A DNA stretch of 63,454 bases, filler included, from Collodictyon triciliatum (GCA_043381765.1; 31 parts of 31 records of this genome joined end to end with filler, not necessarily neighbours in it); one strand, 5' to 3'; counted from the first letter of the whole stretch, positions 37,681 through 51,654 are shown. Program-made: numbers and translations. The notes: generated by a model from the letters alone, not told the origin.

Positions 37681-38981
37681 TCAATTTCTTTCACTTACAT
37701 CTAACAAGGAGTAAAAATATGCTAAAGCCTCGCAAATCACAACAAAATGGACCTAGCTGCACAGAATAACTCAAATATATATATGAAGCTTTTATCTTAA
37801 ATTACAAAAAACTAATTGTGATATACAACCAGAAACCTATGTCATGGGCTTCAATACCATGTGAGTTTCATGTTGCAAGTCACAAACGATAGCACTTCAC
37901 TTTGCATTTTTATTTCTAATAGAATACATTAATATAAAAATGAATGAATTTACAGGAACAGAACCGGATTATTTGCTTTATTATTCCATTGGATTGTGAT
38001 GCTTAAATAACAAAAACTTGATGAAGTTTAATTTTAACAGCTAATTATATGAATTCTCTATTTTTGTGAACATAATGTACAATATCATATTTATATTTTA
38101 TGTATATAACAATATCCTAACAATATTGACATTTTCCATTAAAAAATTTATTAGTTGATTTTTATCCTTTACGTTTAAAAGCATCGAACTAGAATTTTCA
38201 ATTATTTCTTTATCCCAAATCGATGAGCTGTTTCATGATTTCAAAATTGTTAAATATTAAAAAAAATCATCTACATTTCTGATTTAATCGTGTTTTATGA
38301 TGTAATTTATGCTTTCATTTATTAAATTTTGTAGCAAAAGCTAGTTGAATATTATGTTTCCTGGACGCCATTAAATTATAGAATATAAGCATAAAACTCA
38401 TTCAAGAGAATATAATTACAAACTAGATTGTATTGAGAAAACAATGGCTCGAAAAAGTGAATAGTATAATTCTATTCATAGGTCTCCAACTTTTAAATCC
38501 ATCCTCACTAATATGACCCTTGTGTATTTCAATCGAAAGTGTTGTGATATATGACAAAATTTCAAATATTAGTTGTATCATAATTTGATGGAAGCATTCA
38601 GAAAACGATTCGATTAATTGAAACTTTGATTCTTTCACCAAAGGACACATAAAATACATGAGCAAGGGATTATGATTGAATAGAACTCCGATATGATACC
38701 GTCATAGATGTATTTTGCCTTGAATGAAATCGATTCTTTCACAAAATTCGCTTCTTTATCTGACAGACTCAATTGATTATCATGCTCTCTTACATGCAAG
38801 CCTTGAGAATACTGAGCCTCATCTCCAGGGACGATGGGTGCAAGCTTTCTCGATTTCAATCGATATGATAATTTTGACTGANNNNNNNNNNNNNNNNNNN
38901 NNNNNNNNNNNNNNNNNNNNNNNNNTTAATTAATTAANNNNNNNNNNNNNNNNNNNNNNNNNNNNNNNNNNNNNNNNNNNN

Positions 38982-39096
<115 letters not shown>

Positions 39097-39097
39097 A

Positions 39098-39157
<60 letters not shown>

Positions 39158-39962
39158 AAAAAAGAAAGAGAAAAAGAAAGAAAGAAAAAATGAAAGGAAA
39201 GAAAGAAAGAAAGAGAGACAGGGAGAGACAGGGAGAGAAGGGAATCAAAAAGAGGATTTGAAGATGAATAGTGAAAAAAAAAAGGGAAAGGAACAAGAAT
39301 GGCCACACCAAGCATTTGTGCGCAAGTGATTTATTTCCCTGGTCTCCCGGCCTTCCCGTGTGTGGGACAGGAGCAAGTCCGGGAGTTTGATCGCATGCGC
39401 GTTTCAGTATTGTACACCAACGAGACGGCACGACAGACACGAGAAAGCATGAAGAGGAGAGGAAGGGAAGGAGAGGCGAGAATGGGCAAGGGAAGGAGGT
39501 TGCTGCGCAGGATATTTCCCTGCCGGGCGAGTGGTGTTGGGCGTTGAACCTATCGGGCATGATTAGTGTGTTCAAACCCAGGTCGGGCCGCAAACAGACC
39601 GACTCCCAGTGTTTTCAGGGGCTGCGAGTAGCATGTGTGGGGAAAGCAAGAGACAGATGAATCGAAAGGGGCGAATATACGGAGGTGATTTGATATGTTC
39701 TGTATTCAACAAGGCTGAATACTTGTGAAAAGTAAGAAGGATAATAGAGAGGGAGGGCAGACTGCAACCCCGAGAGCGGAAGGAAGCGACACATGCACGG
39801 ACAAGAGCCCGAATTGATCGAGAAGAGAACACCGCACAAGCGCGCTAGGCAAGTGTTGTATGGCTGTGGATACCTCTGATCAAACGAGTCCTTTGCTGTG
39901 TATTGAGCCGCAGCATTTGTCTCTGGGTGCGGAGCCGAGTTATGGGCGCTTGGCAGCCGGGT

Positions 39963-40695
39963 TTACATGACGACGCACTTGCCCTTCTTCTTCTCTCCTT
40001 TGTCCTTGGGCGAGCTCTTGTTGATTGTGCGGACGAGCTCGTAGAAGACCTCGTTAACGTTGATCTTTTCCTTGGCAGAGGCCTCCAGGAAGCCGCACTT
40101 GAACTGGTTGGCCAGCGAGCGGCCCTTGTCTGTGGCCACCTGGCGATCCTTCTCCAAGTCGCACTTGTTTCCGACGATGACGATCGGCACCTGGGTTAAG
40201 TAAAGAGACAAAGAGTTAGGATATGGGCTTACGGAATGACTTTCTCTTGATATTTCTTTCTTCCTTCTTTTACTATGCTATAAAGAGGACAATGAACGAG
40301 GTTAGGTAAGGCGAGAGTGTGAAAGGCTTACAGAGTCGCTGTCCTTGACGCGGCAGATCTGGTTGCGGAGATCAGCAATGTCGTTGAAGCTGGCGGTTGA
40401 GGTGATGCTGTAGACAAGGACAAAGCCATGGCCGCTGCGCATGTACTGGTCGCGCATAGCAGTGAGTTCTTCCTGGGTGTGGAAAGTGGGGAGAGTATGA
40501 GCAAGTGTAAAGTAATACAAGCTGTGAAGCTGTGATCAACAGCGCCAGTTTCGTGAATTCTTTGGTGGGGGTCTTCTTTTTTTCTTTCTTTTGTATTTTT
40601 CTAACCTGTCCCGCTGTGTCGAGAATTTCAAGCATGCAGCTTTCACCGTCAATGTCGACTTGCTTGCGGTAGGAATCCTCGATGGTGGGGTCGTA
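39963..40695 (-). CDS. Ras-family small GTPase (Rap1/Ras-like), 5' exon missing
   Basis: [35 protein letters not shown] and CAAX CVVM*. Three exons with canonical GT-AG introns. Confidence 0.95.
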
Positions 40696-41094
40696 CTGTT
40701 TGGTGCAAATATTGGTTAGTTGAGTAGGGCACCCAGGAATCTAACCCCAATAATTTCGTTTCCGACTACGCCACGTCAAAAGGTATGATTTTCAGGAGAG
40801 GCGCGTCTTTGCTACTTGAAGCTGAGAGAGGAAAGAAGAAAGAATATGGAAGACTATGGGGGGCGGTATGGTCAGGGCATGTCTTGAAGTCCCTTGAAGG
40901 AAAAAAAAAGGAGGAAAGTTAAAAAAAAAANNNNNNNNNNNNNNNNNNNNNNNNNNNNNNNNNNNNNNNNNNNNTTAATTAATTAANNNNNNNNNNNNNN
41001 NNNNNNNNNNNNNNNNNNNNNNNNNNNNNNTATGTATGTATGTATGTATGTATGTATGTATGTATGTATGTATGTATGTATGTATGTATGTATG

Positions 41095-41125
<31 letters not shown>

Positions 41126-41240
41126 TGTGGTTCATGTATGTTTGTATGTATGTTTGTATGTATGTATGTTTGTATGTATGTATGTTTGTATGTTTGTATG
41201 TATGTATGTATGTATGTATGTATGTATGTATGTATGTATG

Positions 41241-41271
<31 letters not shown>

Positions 41272-41529
41272 TGTATGTAATGTATTTATTTATTTATTTA
41301 TTTCCTTATTTTATTATACAATATCCCAGTTCTTAGTCATGCTTTTGTTTTATCAATTCCTTTGTTCCCGCCTGGTAAGGCCAAGCTCATATTGTGAAGG
41401 TGAGGAGTGCGCGAGTGGGTGGAGAGACTGTGCGGCAATCATGCGGAAGAAGGAAGGTGAGATAAGAGGAATCACTTTTTGTGTCTGGTCATGGATATTC
41501 CCCAGGTTTCTGGTGCAACTTGTGTCTCC

Positions 41530-42806
41530 CTACGGCGCAACAGAAAGCTCATCGTAAATATAGAAGAATGACGGGCGCACATTTTCATCATCATCCCAAC
41601 ATTTCACCATTAACTTGACCAACTTCTGGTTGGTACCCTTCGGAATGTTTGGTCTCAGACCGTTCACGATTTCCATGTTCAACCGGAGTGGGTCTCTGTC
41701 TGCGTAAGGCCGCTCGCGGCTCAGAACCTCCCACATCAGGATTCCATAGCTGAACACATCTGCTTTTTCTCCATAGCGCTGCCCTTTCAGTATCTGTGCG
41801 GAAACAGCATGTTAAATACATATAGCCATCATCAACCATAGCTTCGCTGAAGTCCAAAGAAAACCAAGAAAAAAATGTACAGCAGAAATCGGGATATAGT
41901 GTAACTGCCAAGAGTCACAGCGTATTCATAATCACTGGAAATCCATCACCTCCGGTGCCAGCCACGCTCGTGTTCCGCACTTCGTCATGGTCTGGTTGTC
42001 AGCCTTGACTCGGGCTAATCCAAAGTCTCCAATTTTCACAACAATCGGACTAAGGCTGCATACCTATGCAAAACTGGCTTAGTTCGTTGAACCGCAGTAT
42101 CAAAAACGAAATATGCGACCACACATGTCTGAAAATCGTTTTGATAACACATCCATCTTGCTTGCATACTAGCCTCACCATTATATTCGCACTCTTCAAG
42201 TCTCGGTGGACAATTGGAGGGGTTCTTTGGTGCAGGTATCTCAAGGCGTCGGCGCACTGAAGAAGGACATCTTTGTTCTGTCCGTCATTCATCACAATCT
42301 GCACATACCAGAAACAACAGCGTCAGGTTCCGTGTGACTAATTGCATGCCTTTCATGTCTAAAAATAGGTGCAAACAACCTTTGGATTGGAGAGCACATC
42401 CTTCAAACTCCCGTGCTCGGCATATTCAATCACAAGGCAGATATTCGGCGATTTGACGGACGCTCCATGGAATCGGAGGATGTATGGATGCTTTGCGTCT
42501 CTGTTACAATGAAAAGAAAAACGAAAATATGTAACGATGAGGATGGAAAATTATGATTATTTACGCGTTATTACAGATACATCGAACGGAGTGATAAGAA
42601 AAAAATCATTGAATGGCTCACTTCAGAAGCATGATTTCTGACAAAAATGAAAAGTATCGCTTCTCGTCCATCTTTTGCTTCATAAACTTCTTAACAGCAA
42701 CCCTTTGCCCGTCAAGCTCTCCAAGATAAACCACTCCGAAAGAGCCTGCCCCGAGCTCATTTGTGGAGATTGAGATGCTATCGTAGTCCAGCTGCCAGGT
42801 CTGGCC
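41530..42806 (-). CDS. TKL-group protein kinase, C-terminal kinase domain, multi-exon
   Basis: LGAGSFGVVY, VAVKK, HRDLKSAN, DFGLAR, CGTRAWLAPE, ADVFSYGILMWE, CW..RPSF. Confidence 0.95.
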
Positions 42807-44387
42807 CTATGATGTTCATGCAGCCTTAGTCACTGATACATGCCTGAGCTAATTTAGGCTCTTTCGAACCATTATCCAGGTTTTCTTTTTTTCTTTTTTC
42901 TTTTTTCTTTTTTCTTTTTTCTTTTTTCTTTTTTCTTTTTTCTTTTTTCTTTTTTCTTTTTTCTTTTTTCTTTTTTCTTNNNNNNNNNNNNNNNNNNNNN
43001 NNNNNNNNNNNNNNNNNNNNNNNTTAATTAATTAANNNNNNNNNNNNNNNNNNNNNNNNNNNNNNNNNNNNNNNNNNNNCATATCTGAATGAGCCCACGA
43101 GGCTGGATTGCTGCATGTTATGTTAATATTGTCAGACTCTGTTTTAAAGATAAAGTGCGAGACTTACAAAGTATCATTCATCGCAACATCACATAATCAA
43201 GCTGATGAAATCCGGTTGGTGTGAAAAGAAGGCTCCAACATCTTGAGTGATTGCAAGGCTATCCCGATTTATTCGAAAAAAGGAGGTTCGGTACCGATTC
43301 CGTCTCTTTGTACCGGCTGGTGTCAGCGAAGCGACATGTTTGATGGTAATACCTGATTATTCGCCCATGTCATCCGCTACACTTTATTGGTTTTAAAGTC
43401 GGTGGTTGGTTTGTTGGAACTGAATGTCATGCAAGAATCCTACAAATGCGATTTTTTTACGTTAATGGTGTCTTTTTCCCTTTTTCTTCTTTCTCTCTAT
43501 TGGTGCGAATAGGTTTCTTGTTCGATGGAACTTGTTTTGTGTTGGAAGGAAAAGTCTAGATGTCAGCATCTTTGGGATATCTGCAAGAAAGTTATTTTGC
43601 CAATCCCAAACAGAAAAGAGTCATTTTCTTCCTCTTCAAAAAAAAGAGGACTTTGTTACTCATGATTCTGCAGAAGGGCTTCATTCGCTTGCATTTGATT
43701 AGAAAAATACGCCTTTTACAGGGATACAATACATCTTGAAGCTCTGTCCAAACTCAGCCGTTCAATAAATATGCAGCTTTCTGATGTCATGTCTAACAAA
43801 TGAATATAACTATAGGCGAGATAGGAGGGCGCAGTCTTTATAAAAGTAGCTTCATTTATTCCCTTTTTCTTCTGTTGATATAAGAGTCCGAGGTTGCAAT
43901 CAGGATTCACCGATAAAAAAGTCACATCCTTTCGACAGTAACTTCGGACTTCCATCACTCCGCGGTTCGCTGCTTTTTTTCTTTCCCAGAGATTAGTAGA
44001 GCAGAGAACTGGTTATGACTTTTCTCGAAGGTGAACAACGCAGTCTTTGCTTTTCAAGAGGTGTTTTGTGGGCCGCATTACCTTTATCGCAGTATATCAT
44101 GTTTGAATGATTGATGGAGAATCAGTTTCTCGAAGCGAGATTGACTATGAAGGAGGATGAATGATGCAGAGTTATTGCGCGTAATCACCCTGTGATTTGT
44201 TGCAAAATGATATTATCAAATAAAACCAAACTAAATATTCACATACATTTTTACTATTCGGCATTTTCATAAATACACACAAATAAGTGCGATAATCTGT
44301 TTAGTTTTTATTCAATCAGACTTTTCTCATTCTGCCTTTTTATCCTCCTTTGAGGATTTTTCTCCGTCATTCTCTCCAATCATATTC

Positions 44388-45028
44388 TCATTCACTTTTG
44401 CCAAACATTTGGATGCGGTGATTACTGAAGTCGCAAATATAGAGTTTCTGATTCGGTCCAAAGCAGATTCACATCGGACAATAAAAGTGTCCATGAATTG
44501 ATGAAGACTGCGAGGATGTGCCGAAAGTGTGAACAACGACATCGTCTCTTGTCATGTCAATAAACGCGTATGTGATGATATCCATTCACTCACCACATTT
44601 GTGTTGTTTGGACCTTTTGCAATCGAAACACGACCCGGCACATTATTGATTCTGACAGTGCGCAGAAATCTCCCCATCACAAAAAAATTTTGATATTGTC
44701 TCCGCCGCGTCCAACCACACACACTTCGTTCTTTGCAGTCACGCAAATGCCCTCCGGATAAGCGATTCCTTCATCGCCAGAGGATGCTTTCGCAAACGTG
44801 CGTTCGTACTCAAACACACTGTTGAACTTGTCCACTTGATTTATGTCATAGTTTGTGACATAAAGATTGCCTTCGCTGTCAAATCATGCATTAAACGGAT
44901 TGGAGAATCCGCCAAAGTCACTGGATTCTGTGCTTTGTGCGCTTCTTTTGCGACCCGATTGGATTGTCTCAATCATCTTGAAGTTATCATCAAAGATTTG
45001 CACACGATGATTGGAACGGTCACAAACA
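44388..45028 (-). pseudogene. NHL-repeat protein pseudogene (paralog-like to 84-1211)
   Basis: VCDRSNHRVQIF, NPFNA*FDSEGNLYV, YPEGICV, IAKGPN, CPM*ICFGPNQKLYICDFSNHRIQMF. TGA stops at 44884 and 44469, plus frameshifts. Confidence 0.82.
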
Positions 45029-45128
45029 NNNNNNNNNNNNNNNNNNNNNNNNNNNNNNNNNNNNNNNNNNNNTTAATTAATTAANNNNNNNNNNNNNNNN
45101 NNNNNNNNNNNNNNNNNNNNNNNNNNNN

Positions 45129-46059
45129 AGTATTGAGACACAATCTTTCCAACCAACGAAGGAATATCCTTCTTTATATCAGGGTAAGCTGAACGTAGGA
45201 CATAAGCTAGAGCAGATAAAAACACAGTCTTGTCTCCACATAGGCGAGGCCAGTTCATATGTGGTCCACAAAGTATCTCGAGCACTTTCCATTTGTTGTC
45301 ATGGGAGACCTTGACTTCTCCACTATTTTCAGAGAGATAAGCTTCGGCGGCAAGGACGCCACGAAGCAAATAACCTTTTCGAAGGACAGCACTCACAGTA
45401 CCTCTCATGATTTGAACTTGCAGGAATCTGTTATTTAATATTGTTCCAACTACGATATCTCCTTCGCTAGCCCCATCTCTGCATAGAAGGCCATCTGTTT
45501 CATCCTTTGTGTACTTTTGGATCATATCTTGCAGAGGACCACATGCACTTGCTACCTTTGATACTTGTGGTTTTTTTGTTTTTGCTTGAGGTGACTGCTT
45601 GTCAGGTTCATCTTTTGAATCCATGGAGCTTTTGTCTTGGTCTTCTACAACATCCTGCTCGTCACGCAAAGTGTTTTTGGAGGGAGCTGCTTTGGATTTT
45701 TTTGGAGCTGGTGACTTTTTCTTCACGGGATCTGCCTCTTCCTTCGTGGATGGGGAGGTTCTCTTCTTTGTCATATTTGTTTTCGGAGGCGACTGATTAT
45801 GGGTCTTTCCCTTTGTTACCGATTCGCCTTTGGGTGCTGACTTGGACTTTGCGGATGGGATGTCTTCAATATCAGATTCCTCACTTAACGACCCATCGAA
45901 CTCAGATTCGTCAGAACTCATGATCTCAAAAATATCGTCGCTGGAATCTCCCGTCGAGGTGATCTCATGGCCATTGTCTTCTCGTGGTTTGGGCTCGCTT
46001 TCAGATACGGCAATCTTTTTCTTTTTTCGTGTTTCTTCTGGAGGATTTCTCCTTGGCAT
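45129..46059 (-). CDS. Hypothetical protein: K/S/E-rich disordered N-terminus plus unrecognised globular region, truncated by contig end
   Basis: Open for >300 codons from MPRRNPPEETRKKKK, with no intron. Confidence 0.6.
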
Positions 46060-46122
46060 CCTGGGATGAAGAGGCAACATAAAAACAGAGTGGTTACCGA
46101 AGAGTATTTGGATAATAAACCT

Positions 46123-46221
<99 letters not shown>

Positions 46222-47177
46222 TAACAGGGGCACTGAAATAATTGAAAAAATTACTCAGCGCAGCTAGGGAAAATGTGGAGTATGATTACAGTGTGATATT
46301 TAAAATTTTTATCTCCAATATCCCGGTAATGTCAATGCCCGGTAGCTTTTTTTTTTTTCTTGTTTCTTTGACTGAGTTTGGGTGGCTCATAAGAGAGATT
46401 CCAACTCGATGGCAGCGTTATTTAAACCACATATGAGACCGCCATTATTCTCCCAGAAGCGTTCATATTTATAGTTACCACTTTATACAAATCTGGATTT
46501 TATATAACTATAACTTTATGTTCGTAATTGTATCCATTATTCCACTATATATATAAATTTTACAAAATTTTGATATTAAGAATATGTAATATTAAATATC
46601 TTACAGACACCCACGAAAAAGTCCTATTCTCGTCGATTCCCAACGCAAGGAGTACGAATCCAAAAACACCAAAAACGCCAAAAAACACCAAAAAACACAA
46701 CAAAACACACCAAAACAAATACAAAACACACACCAAAACACCCAACAAAACACCCAACAAAACACCCAACAAAACACACACCAAAACACACACCAAAACA
46801 CACATCAAAACACAACAAAAAAACACAACAAAAAACACAACAAAACACACCAAAACACAACACAGCAAATCTGAAAACGACCATGATAAAGATTAAGGAG
46901 TCCATCGTGCACAAAAACTCGTACTTTTTCAAACTTTTTTTTTACAGGTCGAGATCATTCATGCTCTCACAAAAGAGCAGGCCCTTGGATGATGGATCTG
47001 GTTTCACCCCCATCTCAGCGAAGCAGGTAAAAGAAGCCTGGGATACTAATCGCTCACAGTCAGGCAGTCACCAATTANNNNNNNNNNNNNNNNNNNNNNN
47101 NNNNNNNNNNNNNNNNNNNNNTTAATTAATTAANNNNNNNNNNNNNNNNNNNNNNNNNNNNNNNNNNNNNNNNNNNN

Positions 47178-47254
<77 letters not shown>

Positions 47255-47793
47255 ATTGTTATTGTTGTTGTTTATCAAACTGGAAAACGGGTGGCTGCAT
47301 GGCAAGGGTGGCTTCAGATTTCTTCTCGTTTGCTGGCCATAAAAGAATGAATTTATCAAGCAAAAAAAAAAAATAACAGTCGAAAAAAATGAATGAAAAG
47401 AGCATAGAAACTTACCACCTTTCTTGCATAACCTTTTTGTTTTCTTCCTTACTGAATCAATATATATATGTATAAGTATGTGCAAGGGGCATTCTTTTGC
47501 GATTGCAGACTCACAGCGGTAACAAAACATAATCAGTATTGAAAAAAGAAGAAAGCGTGCGAAAACGAGAGAGAAAAAGAAAGAAAGGAAGAAGCAAGAC
47601 AAGAATCAGCACGGAATCCTCTGAAATCGCCTGTCATCGCTAACACCACCCACACAACTCGATCTCCTAGAAAACCCAAAGCAGAAAACAAATCCCGAAC
47701 CAAACCAAACCACCCCGCAGAAAAAGAAAAGAAAAGAAAAGAAAAAGGGAAAGTAATAAGAAAGAAAAGAAAAAAGAGTCTGCCGCCCAAGTA

Positions 47794-48521
47794 ATGGCTT
47801 CGCAACGCGCACCGCCTCCAACACCGCTGCAAACAAGCAACTCCAAAGCCGCCCACATCAGCGACTCGGCCTCCACACTTCATCCCCGACGCAGCGCAAA
47901 CACAAACTCCACCGCAAACTCAAACTTAAGCGCAAACGCAATGCCAAACTCTGCGCCGAGTGTCGCATCGCCCACACGGGCGCTTTTTCTGATCGACGCC
48001 GCACCTGCGCTCGAATCGCATCCGGGCCTTTCAGAAGGCTCCAAAGAACGTCTCCGCAGACTGCCACACATCGCTCCGTTTCTGCCCGCAGCGGCTGCTT
48101 CAAAGCCGGGAAACCTCCCTGCGTTTCCCGTCCCGCCGTCTGCTACAAGCAACATCTCAAACACAAGCAACTTCTCAAACACAAGCAATATCTCAAACGC
48201 AAACGCAAACGCAAACGCAAACGCAAACGCAAACGCAAACGCAAACGCAAACGCAAACGCAAACGCAAACGCAAACGCAAGCACAAACCCATCGGCCCAG
48301 CTGCCTGGAAATCCACGCGTTCGTTCGGCCCACACGCAGACGTCTCCGCGCCGGGAAACCCGTCTGACAAATCCTGCTGTGTGTGGCGATGTGCGGCTTC
48401 CTTCTCCGGCAATCGCGCTGTTGGCTTCTGCTCCCGCCTCGTCTGTCCGCACGCCATCTCCGCTCGTGGGTGCGCACAGTGTAGAGGAAGTTGTGACGCT
48501 CAATGATTACCTTACAAAAAG
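47794..48521 (+). CDS. Hypothetical low-complexity A/N/P/S-rich exon with (AN)n repeat
   Basis: GC-rich ORF ending near a probable ag|gtactg donor. Contains a (GCAAAC)n coding microsatellite. Confidence 0.45.
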
Positions 48522-49355
48522 GTACTGTGATATATTGTGTATATTTCTAATATGTTGTTTGTTTGTCTGTTCTTCTTCTTCTTCTTCATTCCAGTGGTGT
48601 GTTCATCTATATATTATTGTATAGACAAAGATAACGCAATTCCAGTATTTTATTTCAGTATTCTAAATAAGTTTGTAAAGCACGATGATTGGTGTATTTT
48701 CTCTTAATAATCACTTTTGTTTAAATAAGGATGTTATCATTAAGTTGCAATTTTGATGTGTACTCGTTCTGTGATAAGAAATGATTAATAATTTTTAATT
48801 GATTTTGAGTCTATTCATTTTGTTATGACGTTTCTGCGTATCACACAAAGATGCTCTGAAATCCAAAGAGATGTTATTCCATTCTTTGTATGTGTATACC
48901 TGTTTTAAGATTTGATTGATTTATAGTATTTGTATTTGTATTGTATTTGTATTGTATTTGTATTGTATTTGTATTGTATTTGTATTGTATTTGTATTGTA
49001 TTTGTATTGTATTTGTATTGTATTTGTATTGTATTTGTATTTGTATTGTATTTGTATTGTATTTGTATTGTATTTGTATTGTATTTGTATTGTATTTGTA
49101 TTGTATTTGTATTGTATTTGTATTGNNNNNNNNNNNNNNNNNNNNNNNNNNNNNNNNNNNNNNNNNNNNTTAATTAATTAANNNNNNNNNNNNNNNNNNN
49201 NNNNNNNNNNNNNNNNNNNNNNNNNTGTTTTCTGTTTTCTGTTTTCTGTTTTCTGTTTTCTGTTTTCTGTTTTCTGTTTTCTGTTTTCTGTTTTCTGTTT
49301 TTATTTTAATGGAATTTGAAACAGGAGAAAATGAAGCTGCTTCATAATAAATTGT

Positions 49356-50754
49356 CTATGAGAATATAAGAAAATTACGCGCTGTTCTATCCAAATGCAT
49401 GAGAATCTGTATTCCTAATAATGACATCGTCCCAAGTGTATTTGCAGAAGAGCCATCTGTATCAGACGTTTCACTTCCTATGGAACTTGTTCGAGGTTGG
49501 GGTGTTACTGCCACCCTCCCAACTCCTAATTGCCTCAAACCGTTGCTATCAATGCTTGAAAGAGGTATAATTGAAGGTGAATTATTTCTACGTATGTCGA
49601 TGATAAGGGGCTCATTTCCAAGATTTTGAGGCATCGAGTGAGCCTCGTGGGGACGAGAACGACGACCCATGGTGGCTCCACGGTCCCGGAAAAGACCAGA
49701 ATCAAAATTCATAAAAGCTTTGTATGTTGATGAGAGCTTCTTTAATTCTTCTTCGTCGTCGTTTGAATCATCCAAGAGTGATATAACCTCTGGTATGGGT
49801 TTGCTTGGCTCTTTAACCCTTCTGCTTGGTCTTTGATATCTGGATGATGCCAAGTTCTCAATCTCTATATTATCCTTGAAATTTTTGGCAACATTAGTTT
49901 TTATTTATAACAGTAAGGAAAGAGGAAATGATAAATCAGGCATATATTTATAATAGATTTGAGAAGTTGGTCATTCGACTTTCTGTCTTAAAATGGCAGT
50001 ATGATATAGTCTTAAAGATGTATCTTGAATATATATATGTATGTATTGGACCTTTACTTGAGAAGTGAATTGGTTGAGCTCTGCTTCTGATGCTGGTTGA
50101 TGTCCTGAGAATTGGTGCGTACGAGGAGATTGGTAGCTCATAATGGAATTTAGGTTTGACTGAGATCCATTTGACGATGATGGATGTATAATAATCGGCT
50201 CGAATGAAGCATCATCATTAGAAACCAAATGAACTTTAGAAGCTTCTTTGGATGTAAGTATATCTGAAAGAGGTATTGATGTATCTACAGAACCATTGCT
50301 GTTTTCATCAATTATAATATTTGAATGTGAAGTGCATCTGATATTCCTCAAACCCCCGGTTCCCTCTTTGTTTTGATTCTCTATTTCACTGCTATCCACA
50401 GTTTGTTCTTGAGACTGCTACAGTGGGTAATAAGCCAAAAAATAATAATCAATCGAATAGACTATTATTATTTGAGAAACAAAGAAAAAGATCACACATC
50501 CAACATAGAGCGCCTACAACAAAGTATGTCTTGAACGAAAATAGAGTTGTGTAGGGTTTTGCTTCGTCAATATATTTATATAATTTACACACACTAGACC
50601 ACCAAATAGTAGTTGTCATCTCTATATGGTGAGGAAAGCTAATAAAATAGCCTACATGCTGGCACAAGTCTATATTCTGACTTTGCACCTTTCTTCGAGT
50701 TGATCTTCTGAGCGGTTTTTCAGTTGAATTTGCTTTTCGTTTGGACTCTTCCAT
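49356..50754 (-). CDS. Hypothetical disordered nuclear-type protein, 5' exons
   Basis: Three exon-like ORFs: MEESKRKANSTEKPLRRSTRR, then 49971-50399, then 49356-49853. Contains SIM-like motifs IIIDE, VISLLDD, LIIDI. Confidence 0.45.
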
Positions 50755-51109
50755 CAAACCCTTGGAGTTCCTATCTCTGTAGTTATTTTTCTTCTCTTTT
50801 TTTCTTTTCAACCCCCACCAAGGCAACTTACTGACTACCTCTGTGGTGCCCAGGATCTGTATGGATGGAGACGAGACAATAGTTAGGCTCTGAGCTACCA
50901 AACATGCTTTTACATGAAACAAGAGCGAAAGCAGACGTTAACTCTTGTGTGCTCGATCAAGCTTTTAGACTCGACCTACATGGTTCAAACATCTCTGCTA
51001 GCAAAGCGAATCAGTGAACCAACTCGCCTCATTCATTTGTCCTGTTTCTACGTTTCGTGTTCCTTTTTTTCTTTTTTTCTTTTTTCTTTTTTTTCTTTTT
51101 TTTCTTTTT

Positions 51110-51173
<64 letters not shown>

Positions 51174-51594
51174 NNNNNNNNNNNNNNNNNNNNNNNNNNN
51201 NNNNNNNNNNNNNNNNNTTAATTAATTAANNNNNNNNNNNNNNNNNNNNNNNNNNNNNNNNNNNNNNNNNNNNATTTCTTCTTTTTTTATTTCTTCTTTT
51301 TTTATTTCTTCTTTTTTTATTTCTTCTTTTTTTATTTCTTCTTTTTTTATTTCTTCTTTTTTTATTTCTTCTTTATTTCACTTTGAATCGAATAAAGGAA
51401 AAAAAATTCTTCTTTATTTATTTCTTCTTTTTTCTTCTTTTTCTTCAGCATTCAACTGGATAATATTAACTCAGTAGGATTCTTAGGCGCCTTTAAGATC
51501 AAGAGAACCATACTTTGAATCGAATAAAGAGGACTAAAAAATATCAAGAGAACCATAGATACCGTGAAAAAAGATTGACAGTTTCCAAACTCAC

Positions 51595-51654
51595 CTCGTT
51601 CCCCTTGTTGCTTCGAATCCCACGCACGAGATCAGCCAAACCCTTCTCGAACAT
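51595..51654 (-). CDS. AP3D1: AP-3 complex delta subunit, first coding exon
   Basis: MFEKGLADLVRGIRSNKGNE followed by a gtgag donor; matches the conserved MFxKxLxDLVRGIR N-terminus. Confidence 0.75.
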
